Assembly (NCBI RefSeq): GCF_018350175.1
Contig: NC_058369.1
Coordinates: 8,928,001 to 8,992,000, forward strand
Length of the DNA stretch: 64,000 nt
Source of the DNA: Felis catus
Taxonomy: Eukaryota
Reading direction: 5' to 3'
Shown: one piece after another, positions 16,449-43,814 of the stretch
How the letters are laid out: every line of letters starts with the position of its first letter
Position numbering within the stretch: the stretch's first letter is position 1
The notes under the pieces: model-generated
Databases searched by the model: none
What the model saw: the letters and a program-made list of their open reading frames with translations, nothing else
Told to the model about the DNA's origin: nothing
Translations under genes and position numbers: made by a program

Positions 16449-16687
16449 TTTTTTTTAATTTTAATTTTTTTTTCAACGTTTATTTATTTTTGGGACAGAG
16501 AGAGAGAGAGAGAGACAGAGCATGAACGGGGGAGGGGCAGAGAGAGAGGGAGACACAGAATCGGAAACAGGCTCCAGGCTCTGAGCCATCAGCCCAGAGC
16601 CCGACGCGGGGCTCGAACTCACATACCGCGAGATCGTGACCTGGCTGAAGTCGGACGCTTAACCGACTGCGCCACCCAGGCGCCCCC
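16449..16687 (-). mobile_element. Young felid CAN-SINE
   Basis: TSD aaaacaatcttta. Confidence 0.92.
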
Positions 16688-16798
16688 AAAACAATCTTTA
16701 AAAAGAAAAAAGTTGGGCGTGTCACACTCCCTGATTTTAAAACTTAAAGCTCCAGTAGTCAATACATTAAGGCACTGGCAGAAGGACAGATAGGTAGA

Positions 16799-19700
16799 GG
16801 GGGACTTCGAAAAATCTTCTGCAGGCAGGGGCGCCTGGACGGTTCAGTCGGTTGAGTGACTGTTGATTTTGGCTCTGGTCACCATCTCACATGGTGGGCA
16901 TAGAGCCTGCTTGGGAGTCTCTCTCTTCCTCTCTCTCTCTCTCTCTCTCTGTCTCCCCCTCCCCTGCTCATGTGCATTGCTCTCTCGCTCTCTAATAATA
17001 ATAATAATAATAATAATAGAAAAACATTCTGCAGGCATATCCAGCAGCCAGAGAATTTGGGGGAAGATGCTGAGCTCAGCCATGGTCTCATGTAGGGCCT
17101 GGATGCACCCCAAGAACACCAGAGGGAGAGTTAGAAACATTTGTGCAGGCAGCCTTCTATAGCCAACCACCAGTCAGTACCGCGTGTGGTCCTGGGGTGC
17201 TCTCCCTGGGCCTCCTGCTCTGCCTGGACTGTCTTCCTTTTCATAGAGGAACTAAAAATATCCGGGGAAGGGGCACCTTAAGCAGTTGGTTAAGCGTCTG
17301 ACTTTAGCTCAGGTCATGATCTCATGGCTCATGAGTTCGAGCCCCATGTCGGGTTCTGGGCTGACAGCTCGGAGCCTGGAGCCTGCTTCGGATTCTTGTG
17401 TCTCCCTCTCCCTGCCCCTCCCCCATTTACACTCTGTCTCTTTAAAATATAAATAAACTATATATATATATATATCCATCCAGGGAAGGCTTATCCTAAC
17501 AGTGGGACCCCAAGATGGGGGAGGTGGCCAGAGGGATTTTCACCAGCCTATCCGCCCTAAGCCAGGCCCAACTTCTGGGAGGGGATTAAGAAAATTACAG
17601 GGAGCGCTTCCAATGTTTGGAACCCATTATGGGTTGAATTGTGTCACCTAAAGTTCAAATATTGAAGTCCTAACATCAAGTACCTGAGAACGTGATCTTA
17701 TTTGGGAACAGGGTCATTGCACGTGTGATTAAGATGAATGGGGTCTTCGGGGTAATTCATGATGACTAGTGACCTTATAAAATGGGGACACTTGAGCACA
17801 GGCTCCCACAAGGAGAAGGTCATGCGAAGATGAGTGCATCTACAAACCAGGAAACACCTAAGATGGCCAGGAAACCCCCAGAAGCCAGGGGAGAGGCAGG
17901 GGACACAATCTCCCTCACAGACCTCAGAACGAAACCACCCTGCCCACACCTTGAGCTCCACCTTCTACCCTCCTAAACTGTGAGATACGTTTGTTTAAGG
18001 GGCCCAGCCTGGAATGGTACTTTGTTATGGCCGTCCTAGCAAATTAATAGAGAAGCCACCCTGGGTTGCACCCTAGCTCTGGATGAGCTCCGTAGGATAC
18101 TTAGAATAACATTTCGAGAGGTGCTCCAAATGTATAGAAGCCGTGTGGGACCACAGTTAGGCCCAGAGCACCTTCTCAGGCTTCCCTGGCTAGATGTGGC
18201 CCAAGCCCAGGACACAACGGAGATTCAGAGAAATTTCCAGAAAGCCCGTCCGACAGCCATGCCTCATGAAAGATGGGGGCTGTGCCCAGTGAACTCTCCT
18301 AGGGTGTCCTTAGCATGTTCACGCTGGAGATTTAGAAAATTTGGAACATACTAAAATGGGCCCCATGTGGGACTGTGGCTGGTTGGGGTCCTCCTCCTAG
18401 CCCTCCCCATCCAGCCCAAGCCATTCCCAGCCTCCAAAGAGGGACTAAGAAAACTTTGGGGAGGCATTCTCTGTGACCATAACCCAGGGTGGTCTGAGGC
18501 CTAGCTTTGGATGCCCTCTGCAAGCCTGCCAGGCTGACCAGGAATTGCAAATGTCTCCGTGAGCTGAATCAGATCACCAGGGCTAACATGGGACCTGGCG
18601 ACATGGGCCGATGCTTCCACTGATGGGGACTTAAAACATTAAGGGGGTACCTCCGACAACCAGGCCCTTCAAAGATCCACATTCTTCTCCAGGGAACCCT
18701 CATAGTGCATCCCTAACTGGCCCCAACACCGTGCCTCCCCTCCAGGAAGGGGAACTGGAAACGCTTGCAGGAAGTGCACGTGACAGCCAGGACCTATGGC
18801 ATCACCGTGGCCAGACCCGGATGCCTCCCCCAGTCACCACTGACACGAGACAAGCTGATTCTCCACCATTGGTGTAGAAGGGATCTCCTATCCCCTGTGC
18901 AGGATGGACACCTAAGCGCCCTGAAAATGTTTGTGCCAACTACTGGGCCCAATCTGGGCTGGGGACCGGACCTGGACCCCCTCCCTGGGTGGGAGGGCCT
19001 CCTTGTCTGGCTGGCTTGGTACCATGGAGAGAAACAAAAAAACCAAAAAGTGTTCAGGAGGTGCATCCAAGGAACCCACACGTGACTGCTCTTCCCTGGG
19101 GTAGGGAGTTGACGGTGGCCTTCCTCCCCTCAGGAAACATTTTCAGAAGGGACAGGTAATGACTGGAATCCCACTGAGGACAGCTGCCTACCAGTAGCAA
19201 CCTCCTCGAGCCGCCCTTGTAGCCTCCAAAGGATTCAGCCTTCTGAAGGAGCCTTGGAATGCTTTTTGGAAGGCCCACACCCCCAGGGCATCCCTACTCA
19301 CACCTTTTCCACTTGCCGGAGCCAGTGCCCCACCCCAGCCCGAGGCAGAATTGGAAACGGTTCAGGCAAGTGCTGCAGATTACCAAGTGCCCGCTGGGGA
19401 CCGCCACCAGATCCAGTGAGCCCACCCCTGCATCCCTCCGGCCCGGGATGGACCCTGCCACTGCAAGGAGACATCTAGAGATTTGAGGGAAGTGTCTCAG
19501 AACAGGCCCCACTGGGACTGCGGTTGGGCCCGAGCGTCTCCTCTCCCGAAGGCAAAGTTTCAGGATGCACAGCCAGCGACCCTGCTCCACGCGGGATCCA
19601 CGCAGGTTGGCTGGCAGCCAGGGGAGGGGAACGCTCCCAAGGGCTTCCTGGCCATGATCCCGGTCTCAGGAGGGAGAATCTAGAATTCTCAGGAGACACG

Positions 19701-21440
19701 CCCAACAATCAGGCACCAGGTGAGAATACGGCCCAGCCCAGGACAAACTACTGTCACCCGCAATGTCCCAAAAGGAGTCCCCACGTGCAGAGGGGACCAC
19801 CGTGTGCCAGCCAGCCCACCCATGCAGTTTCTAGATGCCGCTCTCCTCTATGTTGCAGTGACAATCTCAGGGGGACCCATGCAGCCGGGATGACACTGCT
19901 GTCCGCCTCCTGGAACTCCGCCTTGGGTTTGATGGCCGGATCCCATCCCAGGCCCACACCGCTGAGCTCCGGGGAAGATATAAAAGCAGCCGCTAGGTGG
20001 CGCGGGTCAACCAGCGCGACGGGGATGACCTTGGAACCCGCCCCCCACCCCCACTTCCACCTCCCCGGGTGCCGCTTTGTGTGGGTTCCACCCAAATTAC
20101 GTATCTTGGCCCATAGCAGGCGGGAGTGCCTGGTGGGCCCGGGACACCCTCCCCGCTGGTCCCTAGCCCAGCTGGCTGCTGCCTTTGGAGGGGGAGGTGG
20201 AAACATTTTCCAGTGGCATATGTGAATAGGGCCCACGTGTGACCATGGCTGGGCCTCCCTGGATGGCTGGGGCTGCTTGCCTCCCCGAGAGGGAGACCGA
20301 GAACAATGAGGGGAAGGAGGAGGGCATCCAGCAACCAGAGTGCAGTCCTGACCTCCACAGAAGGGCATAGAAAGTTTTCAGGAGACGTTCCCAATGACCG
20401 GGACGCAAGAGTGACACCACCTGAGCCCAAGGCATCCTCCAGGAGTCTACCTGTCCAGCCAGGCCAGTCGGGGTCTTCCCTTTGTTATTTTTGGGTTTTG
20501 TTTTTGTCCTGAAAGAGAGCGAGAGTAGGGAAGGGGCGAAGGGAGCCAGAATCTTCAGCAGACTCCACACTCTGTGCAGAGCCCACGGCAGGGCTTGATC
20601 CCACGACCCCGGGATTGTGACCTCAGCCGAAATCCAGAGTTGCACCCTCAACAGACTGAGCCACCCACGTGTCCCCACGGTCTTCCCTCTAAATGGGGAT
20701 GTGGATACGTTTTCAGGAGATACCACCAGGCGGGTCCAATACCAGGCCCTGTGCAGAACCACAGCCTGGCCCTGAGCACCCACCCCGAGTCTCTCTGGCC
20801 GGTCTCTCTGTGCTTGTCCCTGTCACCAGAGAAGAGCTGGAGAGGTTTACAGCGGTATAGCCAGCAATCGGGCACCATGTGGGACTGAGGGAGGACCCAG
20901 GGCAACCTCCACGGATCTCCTTGGCCAGCCGGGACAGCGCCTGCCATTGGAGGGGGATTTGGATACATTTTCAGGAGATCCCATGGCCTACCAAGCCGAG
21001 GATGTCATCCCTAGGGTGCACTTCCTGGCCAGCCTTTTTCCTGCCACCAGAGGAATACTTACAAGCAAATTTGGTGGGTACCTGCTAAGATGGGACCCTA
21101 CATAGGACAGCAGATGGCCCTGGGGCACAATCCCCAGACTACCCTGGCTGGCTCTGCTGCCTTTCCCTTCTGGAGGGAAACTTTGAAAAGTTTAAACTTT
21201 AAAAAGAGGTGCATCAAGTGACCGGACCCCAGGCAGGATGGCCACTTCCTTGGGCCTCTCTCGTCCATCTCTTTATGGGGAGACTTAGAGAAAATTTCGA
21301 GGCCCATGCAGCACCCAGGCCCCATCTGGGACCTCATCCAGGCCCACAGTGCCCTTCCTGGGGGTTCCTAGCTACCCAGGCTCATGCCTGCCACCCAAGA
21401 GGGACTTAAAAACATTTTCTGGAGGTGCATCCGACTGCAG
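16799..21440. repeat. Highly diverged tandem array, ~110-125 bp period, about 28 recognisable unit cores, interrupted by SINEs (16828-17017, 17270-17475, 20482-20677) and an MLT1 LTR
   Basis: Recurring core GGGGACTTAGAAACATTTTCAGGAG-like motif, often followed ~35-45 nt later by a GGCCCCATGTGGGACTG-like motif. Confidence 0.75.
17626..18049 (+). mobile_element. MLT1 (MaLR) solo LTR
   Basis: ttatgggttgaattgtgtc...ttatttgggaacagggtcattgca...ctgtgagata...tttgttatggc...ctagcaaattaata. Confidence 0.85.
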
Positions 21441-22092
21441 GTTGGTCTGGGATGCCCTCCTGGCCTCCATGCACCTTTAAGGGACCTGCACAAGGCTGTC
21501 CTTCCTGGAGGGAAAGTCCCTCATCTTCAAGTCTAAACCCCCAGTTTCCTCCCGGAGCCTCCTTCCTCGGTAACACACCCCAGAGCACACCAGGGTGCGC
21601 CAGGCTCTCCGCCTGCTCCTGGGAGCCCTGCAGCTCTAGTCCACCTGCCCCAGGCCCCTCTTTGGGGCCTGGCTCCAGTTCCACCCCCCTCACCAGGACC
21701 TCCTAGATTCCTTGCCCTCAGGGCCTGGCTCCCCCAAAGCCAGGTCTGGAAGCCCCCCTACCCCCACCCGCCAGGTATGTTCGGTTCTCTGGGCCCATAT
21801 CCAATGCAGGCCCCCCGCCCCCCAGTGGCTCCTAGGGACAGCTGTGCCACAGCCTGAGTGGACAAAGGAGGGAAGGAGGAGTGGAAGACGGAGTGGTGGG
21901 TGAGGTGGGGTGTGAATGGTGTAGTCTGGAGTCAGGATTCAGGCCGGGAAGTGACTTTCCTGCAAGGCCTCAGGTCAAGAGTCACATAATGTTTGCTGAC
22001 TTTTCTAGGTCACAAATTAAATCCCCTCCAAAAAAACAGCAACAAAAAACCCCCACTCAATCACACCTTGACCCAAGGCCTGGTAGTGGCAT

Positions 22093-22098
22093 TTTAGT
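22093..22098 (-). terminator. Candidate variant polyA signal ACTAAA for MAN2B1
   Basis: 65 nt after the stop, followed by a GU/U-rich downstream element; I saw no AATAAA nearby. Confidence 0.55.
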
Positions 22099-22162
22099 GG
22101 CTTTTGTTGGTGGCAGAAGCAGCAGGAGGAGGAGGGGGAGAGTCCGCCTGCTCCCAGCGTGT

Positions 22163-37874
<15,712 letters not shown>

Positions 37875-38829
37875 GGCTCCGCAGCCGCCGCTGCCTCCAC
37901 CGCCACCGCGGCCGCCTCCGGGGGGGGGGGGTCCCGGGCCCGGCAAAGGCGGGGCAAACGCCCCGCCCCCAGGACCCGACCTGGCCAATGGTTGCTGGCG
38001 GGGGCGGAGCTAAAGTGCGGCAGGGGCCCAGCGCCTCACTGGGCTGAGGCTGTTTCTGGCTACCCCCGAGGACGCGAGGAGTGTAGGGAGGCGTTAGGCG
38101 TGTCCCCCCCCCCCTCCCGAGGGTGCTGGTTTGGCCAGAAGAGCCTTTAGTGTCTCCCTACCTCCGAGTGGCCTCGGAGTGCCCCTTTGTCCCCGTGGAT
38201 GCATCGGTCTCAGATTTCCCCATGGGTGTAATTTTGGCTAGGAGGTGGGAGGGTGTGCACAGGATCCTAGGGTGTCCCATTGACCTTTAAGGCTGGGGTC
38301 TTGGAGGGACCTAGCTTGGCTAGGAGCAGGGGTTGATGGCGGTCCTGTTCTGTCCTACGAGGATTACGGATACGGGAACTGCCCTGAGAGTGCTGAGGTT
38401 GGGAGGTATCCAGCCTAGTTGTTAAAGAAATACCCACAGTACTCAGGTGAGGAGTGACCAGTGGGGGAGGTCTCAGCCTTTCATGCTTTTCCCAGTCCCT
38501 GTCATTCCATCCAGTTGGCTGATATTACCCAGTTTGTCTGATAAGAAAATCAAAGCCCACATTCCTCAGGTCAGCAGAGCCCATGTGCTAAATTGCCAGA
38601 GGACAGGGGTCACTTCCCTGTCTCTAGCAGCTGACTTAAGTCACAAGGCTTGTGAAATAAGCAAGTGAACCACCAGAAGGCTCCAGGCTAGAGCCCCACC
38701 GAAGGCCTGATTGAGTGGAAGAGCTGGAGCCCACCCACCCCCACCCCCCATGAGGAAGATCACCCAGAATGCACAGAAAAGAGAGGTCACAAAGAACAGC
38801 CAGAATGCAAAACTTTATTTAACTGGTTT

Positions 38830-38830
38830 C

Positions 38831-38868
<38 letters not shown>
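38830..38868. repeat. (CAA)13 microsatellite in WDR83OS 3'UTR
   Basis: Direct reading; about 10 nt from the minus-strand AATAAA at 38814-38819. Confidence 0.95.
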
Positions 38869-39134
38869 AACGAGTGGATACACCTAGAAACATGGACAGC
38901 ATCTCCCACCACAGCAGGCAGGTTGGGGAGGGTAGGCAGGAGGGGTAGGCCCAGGGTATTCCCCTCTGCCCAGCAGAAGTGGAATCCCAGGGAAAGGGTC
39001 AGGTTCCCTCCAGCCAGCTGCGGGCCCTGAGACTACCGCATTCATGGAAGCCCAGGACAGCAGCTGAGGGCAGGAGGCTGGGCAGCCAGGGGCCAGGCCT
39101 GGGGGAAGGTGGACAGAGTGGTCCTAGGCTGACA

Positions 39135-40192
39135 TCACCAGGGGGGCGTCATGGGCTGAGGGTTCTGCAGATATGACATCACCACGGCAGAGATGGACAG
39201 CCTGGGACAGGAGACAGGTGTCAGTCCAGGAGGGGTAGGCTTGGGTCCCCACTCCCGGTTAACTCAGGAGTCCTCCTTCTCTAGGCCCAGACTCACATGA
39301 AGCTACTCATCATCTGTTTAGTGTCCTCAGAGCTCCGGGAGTTGGCAAAGCTGATGAAGGAACAGTAGACGGCGACCCAAGCGCACCACTTCAGCTAGGG
39401 AAAGGTAGGTGGGTGCGTGGGATTTGGTCAATGAAAGGCACACCAATGACCACCCCACACCCACCCACCCCCCGCCCCCGGGGCATTACCAGGCACTGGT
39501 TCCAACCGACTGATTCCATCTGAAGCAGCTTGGACCTTGCCCCCAAGAGTCCCTCAGTCCCATTCCCCCTAGCCTACTCCAGGCACCCAGTGTTTGGTCC
39601 TACTCTCTCGGCGTGCGTCTCTGACCCCTCCACATACTCTCAGGCCCAAGAAGACTGGCCTCTAACACACCTCATGATGCTAAGAACCCCATCCTTTCGA
39701 GTCCCCTCCAAACCGCTTTAAAACCTGGCCCCCACCCTTAGACAGACTTCCTACGTACCCACCCAGACCCCTCGCTTCCCTCACGTCCTCGCCTTGCTCA
39801 GCCCCGCCCCCCGGCCAGGCCCCGCCCCCTCGGCAGCAGCCCCGCTTCGTTCCGAATCTGCTGCCCCTACAGGCTTCGCTGTCGGGCGGAGCTACGCCGA
39901 AGGAAACTCGGCGCCGCCCACCTTGAGCATGAGGCCGCACATGCTGAAGATCATGCCGAGCAGGTTCATGTAGTCTGGCGTCGGGTCGTCCAAGGCCGGG
40001 TTACACTCGCTCGGCGGGGGCTTGTACCTGCGGCAGGGTCAAGGGTCAGAGGCACTCAAGTCCCACCCCCGAGATGGACAAGCGCTTCCCTGGGCCTCGC
40101 CCCACAACCCGAGCCCCGTTCCCATGACGTAGGGGTCCTCACCTCAGCACTTTGTTCGGCCTCCGTGGGTCCGACATATTGTTAGTGGACAT
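39135..40192 (-). CDS. WDR83OS: Protein Asterix / PAT complex subunit, 106 aa; complement join(40143..40192,39922..40027,39297..39394,39135..39201)
   Basis: [64 protein letters not shown]...[10 protein letters not shown]; 321 nt, GT-AG. Confidence 0.97.
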
Positions 40193-40577
40193 GGCGGGTC
40201 GGAGGTCGAGCCTCTTCCGCTGCGGGAGTTGCAGTTTCCGGCGCGGAAACGGAGGATGGCTTTTAGAGTAGCACCCACAGACTTCGAGCTTCCGTTCCCG
40301 GCGGCGGGGGCCAGGACTCCTCCCAGGCAGGGGACAGACAATTAGAAGAGACCAAAAATGTTCCTTGACAACAAGAAGTGGGGAAAGAAACCTGGACGCT
40401 GGAATCAGGCTCCAGTATTCCCAAAACTATCTTCAAGAAGCCAAACATCTGAACCGGAAGTGAGAGACAGGAAGTAGACCGCGGAAGACCACAAGGTTAC
40501 ACCCAAGCGTGGGTTCCGAGGGCTCGAAATCTTCGGTGCCAACCGATTTAAGGCGGTGGGGAAGGGTCCTGACACAA
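40193..40577. promoter_or_regulatory. Bidirectional promoter for WDR83OS and WDR83
   Basis: Divergent ATGs 385 bp apart; tandem ETS/GABP sites CCGGAAGT (40454) and CAGGAAGT (40468); CpG-rich. Confidence 0.75.
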
Positions 40578-43500
40578 ATGGCTTTCCCTGAGCCCAAACC
40601 GCGGGGCCCGGAGCTGCCGCAAAAACGGGTGAAGACGCTGGACTGCGGGCAGGGAGCAGTGCGAGCTGTACGATTTAATGGTGAGCTCCCTCTTCATTCC
40701 GTGTCCTCCTGCCTCCTGAGGCCCGCGGCCCTATAATCCCCTCCTGGTGTTCCCCAGTGGATGGCAATTACTGTCTGACGTGCGGCAGCGACAAGACCCT
40801 GAAGCTGTGGAACCCGCTGCGGGGGACGCTGCTGCGGACCTACAGTGGCCACGGCTACGAGGTGCTGGACGCGGCCGGGTGAGCTGGGGGCCAGGCCGCC
40901 ATACGGGTGCCGAGGTCGGGATCCGACGTCAACACTGACCTTCCCTCCCATGCCGTCTAGCTCCTTTGACAACAGCAGTCTCTGCTCCGGCGGCGGGGAC
41001 AAGGCGGTGGTGCTGTGGGATGTGGCATCAGGGCAGGTCGTTCGCAAATTCCGGGGGCACGCGGGGGTGAGTACGAGCAAGAAGAGGCCTCATTAGGGCG
41101 TGGATGACGGAGAGGACCCGCATTGTTGTGTAGCTGGTGACAGGGAACCTTTCCACCCCTACCCACTACAGAGCAAGCATCCTTTCCCCATGGCCCAGCA
41201 TGCAGTTTCCCCAGAACCTTTCACCTCCCCTGTCTCTAGCCTTTGCCCTTGCCTTAACGTGCATTGGAACCCGGAACCCTGCCTTTATCCCAGTCCTCCA
41301 AAGTCCAGCCTCCTCTGAGTGGCAATTCCTGTTTCTCAGAAGGTGAACACGGTCCAGTTTAATGAAGAGGCCACGGTCATCCTGTCTGGTGAGTCTGGGG
41401 CCTAGGCAGGGTGCTGCCCCTGCAGCCCAAACCTGACCTCACCGTCATGCTGGCCTCACAGGCTCTATCGATTCTAGCATACGCTGCTGGGACTGCCGAT
41501 CTCGAAGGCCTGAGCCAGTGCAGACGCTGGACGAAGCCAGGGATGGCATATCCAGTGTGAAGGTGTCGGACCATGAGATCCTGGCAGGGTGAGTGGAGCC
41601 AGGACCTCACCCCTCCCGGGTGCCACGGGGGATCACCGCTGCCTCTCTGCTTAGGTTGTGAATCTCCTCTTCTCCCCTCAGCTTACAGGGCCCTGCACAG
41701 TCTGGTCTCTGCTGGTTTTGCAGCTTTTATCCATTCTTGGTCTCATTTCTCTTCATGTGCTAAGGACGCTCTCACCCCAGGACCTTTGCCTTTGCTCTTC
41801 CTCTACCTGGACTCCCTTTCTAATTACTCCTAGTGTTTTTTGAGCATCACCTGCATGTGATTTAGTCAGTGCACACACAGCAGTGAATGAAATCGGGAAA
41901 AATCTCCACCCACAGAGGGTTGGTATTCTAGTTGCTGGAGGCGAACAATTAAAATTCCCAACCCCGGGTGCCCAAGTGTTGCCACAACCCAGAGGAGTGC
42001 CATTCCCCCCTGTGGGGGCAGTTGGGGCTTCCCAGCCTATTGCTGGCCTGTTCCCACACGTCTCCTGGGCCACAGATGTTTGTCTCCTTATCCTTCAAGT
42101 CCTAGTTTAGATGTCACCTCCTCGGGGAGGCCTTCCTAGATTACTCTCAGTCAGTGGGGCTCTACGATGGCAGAAAGTGCTCCTGGCTGGGTGGCAGCTG
42201 TGTCCCAAGGACTAGCCCAGAGAGCATGCTCAGTCGGTATCAGAAACAGGTGGAGTGGGTCCGGATTGGCCCTGGGTGTGTAAGTCTCAAAGCCAGCGTC
42301 TCGGAATTACACTCGTGAGTTCACTTTAGTGCATAGTTTCCACGGCTAGCCTTGAGTGTGAGCATGAATGACAGTGAAGGGTACACAGGAAGGGCAAGCC
42401 CAGCCTTGCCCCCCCCAGCGTCCTGGCAGGGTCAAGGAGGGTACTGGGACTGGAGCCATGGACCTACTGGCCCCAGGTGATGCTTCAGCTGCATCCATCC
42501 TCCTGCAGTTCCGTGGACGGCCGGGTGAGGCGCTACGACCTGAGGATGGGGCAGCTCTTCTCAGACTACGTGGGCAGTGAGTGTGGCCGGGCTGTGGGGC
42601 AGGCAGGGAAGGCGGGGGCAGCAGATGGGGCCCTGGTCTCACTCACCCGCACCCCTCCCCATCCCCCCATCCCCCCCCCCCAGGCCCCATCACTTGTACC
42701 TGCTTCAGCCGGGATGGGCAGTGCACCCTGGTGTCCAGCCTGGACTCCACGTTGCGGCTTCTAGACAAGGACACCGGGGAACTGCTGGGCGAGTGAGTCC
42801 TCAAGGATGTGGCCCCCGCCCTGCCCCCAGCCCCGCCCAGCCCCCAGCCCCAGCCCCTTCTGATCCCACTGACCCCTAGGTACACGGGCCATAAGAACCA
42901 GGAGTACAAGCTGGACTGCTGCCTGAGTGAGCGTGACACACACGTGGTCAGCTGCTCCGAGGACGGGAAGGTGTACTTCTGGGACCTGGTTGAGGTGAGC
43001 CTTCTCACCCCAGCTCTGTACCAGGGTGCCTCCATCACTCCCACACCGGGAAAAGGCAATGCTGTTAGAGCTGGGAGGAGTGAGTGGGAGGATGAAGCAG
43101 GAAAGACATTCCCGGCAAAGGGAACTGTGTGCTTAGGCTTGGAGGTGTGGCCCACGTTGGTCAGGAGATGCAAGTACTGTGGGGTCGCGGCGGCAGCTGC
43201 AGGGCCAGGTTAACCAAGGCCACAGAAGCCAAGCTGAGGTGGGGCTGTGGTTCAGGAAACCTGAGCTATCTCTGAGCATCCCCACGGTTCTCAGTCCCGA
43301 GCCCTGTCCTGATGTGTCTGGTGGGGATGTCAGGCTGGGAACAGACAGTTCTGGCCTAAGGGGATCAGGGCTGAGGCTTGGCCAGGGAAAGTAAGCCCCC
43401 TAAGAGGATGGAGGAAACGGAGGGCGGGGGCGGCGCCTGGGAACTAAGAACACACCAGTGTTCTGCCTACTTCTCAAGAGTCTGGTAGACAAGAAGTCAC

Positions 43501-43778
43501 CCTGAAGGGAAGGGCACACGAAGGGACATGTTTGAAGTGGGAAGAGAAATCTGGAGCCTGCTCGAGGGACCATATGTGTTGAGCGATGACTGTAAGGTGA
43601 TGAAGGAAGTGAGCACGGAGGCTGTCCAGTGGGCCAGTAGAGCCTGGACGGTGGGGAGAGAAGCTGGGAAGAGACACAAGATTGGAGCCAGGTGGTGGCT
43701 GTGAATGTGGAGAGCATCCGCAGTCTGGACGTGGTCTAAAGGCAGAGCCAGGAGCACTTACTGATAAAGGGGTGGGAG

Positions 43779-43814
<36 letters not shown>

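Larger units (their letters stand above)
14050..16797 (+). mobile_element. Old LINE-1 (ORF1 5' part and ORF2 fragments) with nested SINEs and a Tigger element
   Basis: L1 ORF2 hallmarks: gatgaaatggacaagttcctaga, ccaggaccagatggcttcactggtgaattc, caaggatggttcaacat, tgttcatggattgg. Confidence 0.85.

Noticed and set aside
19524-20783. 200-233 aa ORFs inside the tandem array
   Set aside because: GC-rich chance ORFs on both strands with no recognisable domain; array cores do not keep a frame
16799-21440. Repeat-spacer look suggestive of a CRISPR array or miRNA cluster
   Set aside because: Eukaryotic context, degenerate cores, spacers related to each other, no cas genes, and no consistent hairpins seen by eye
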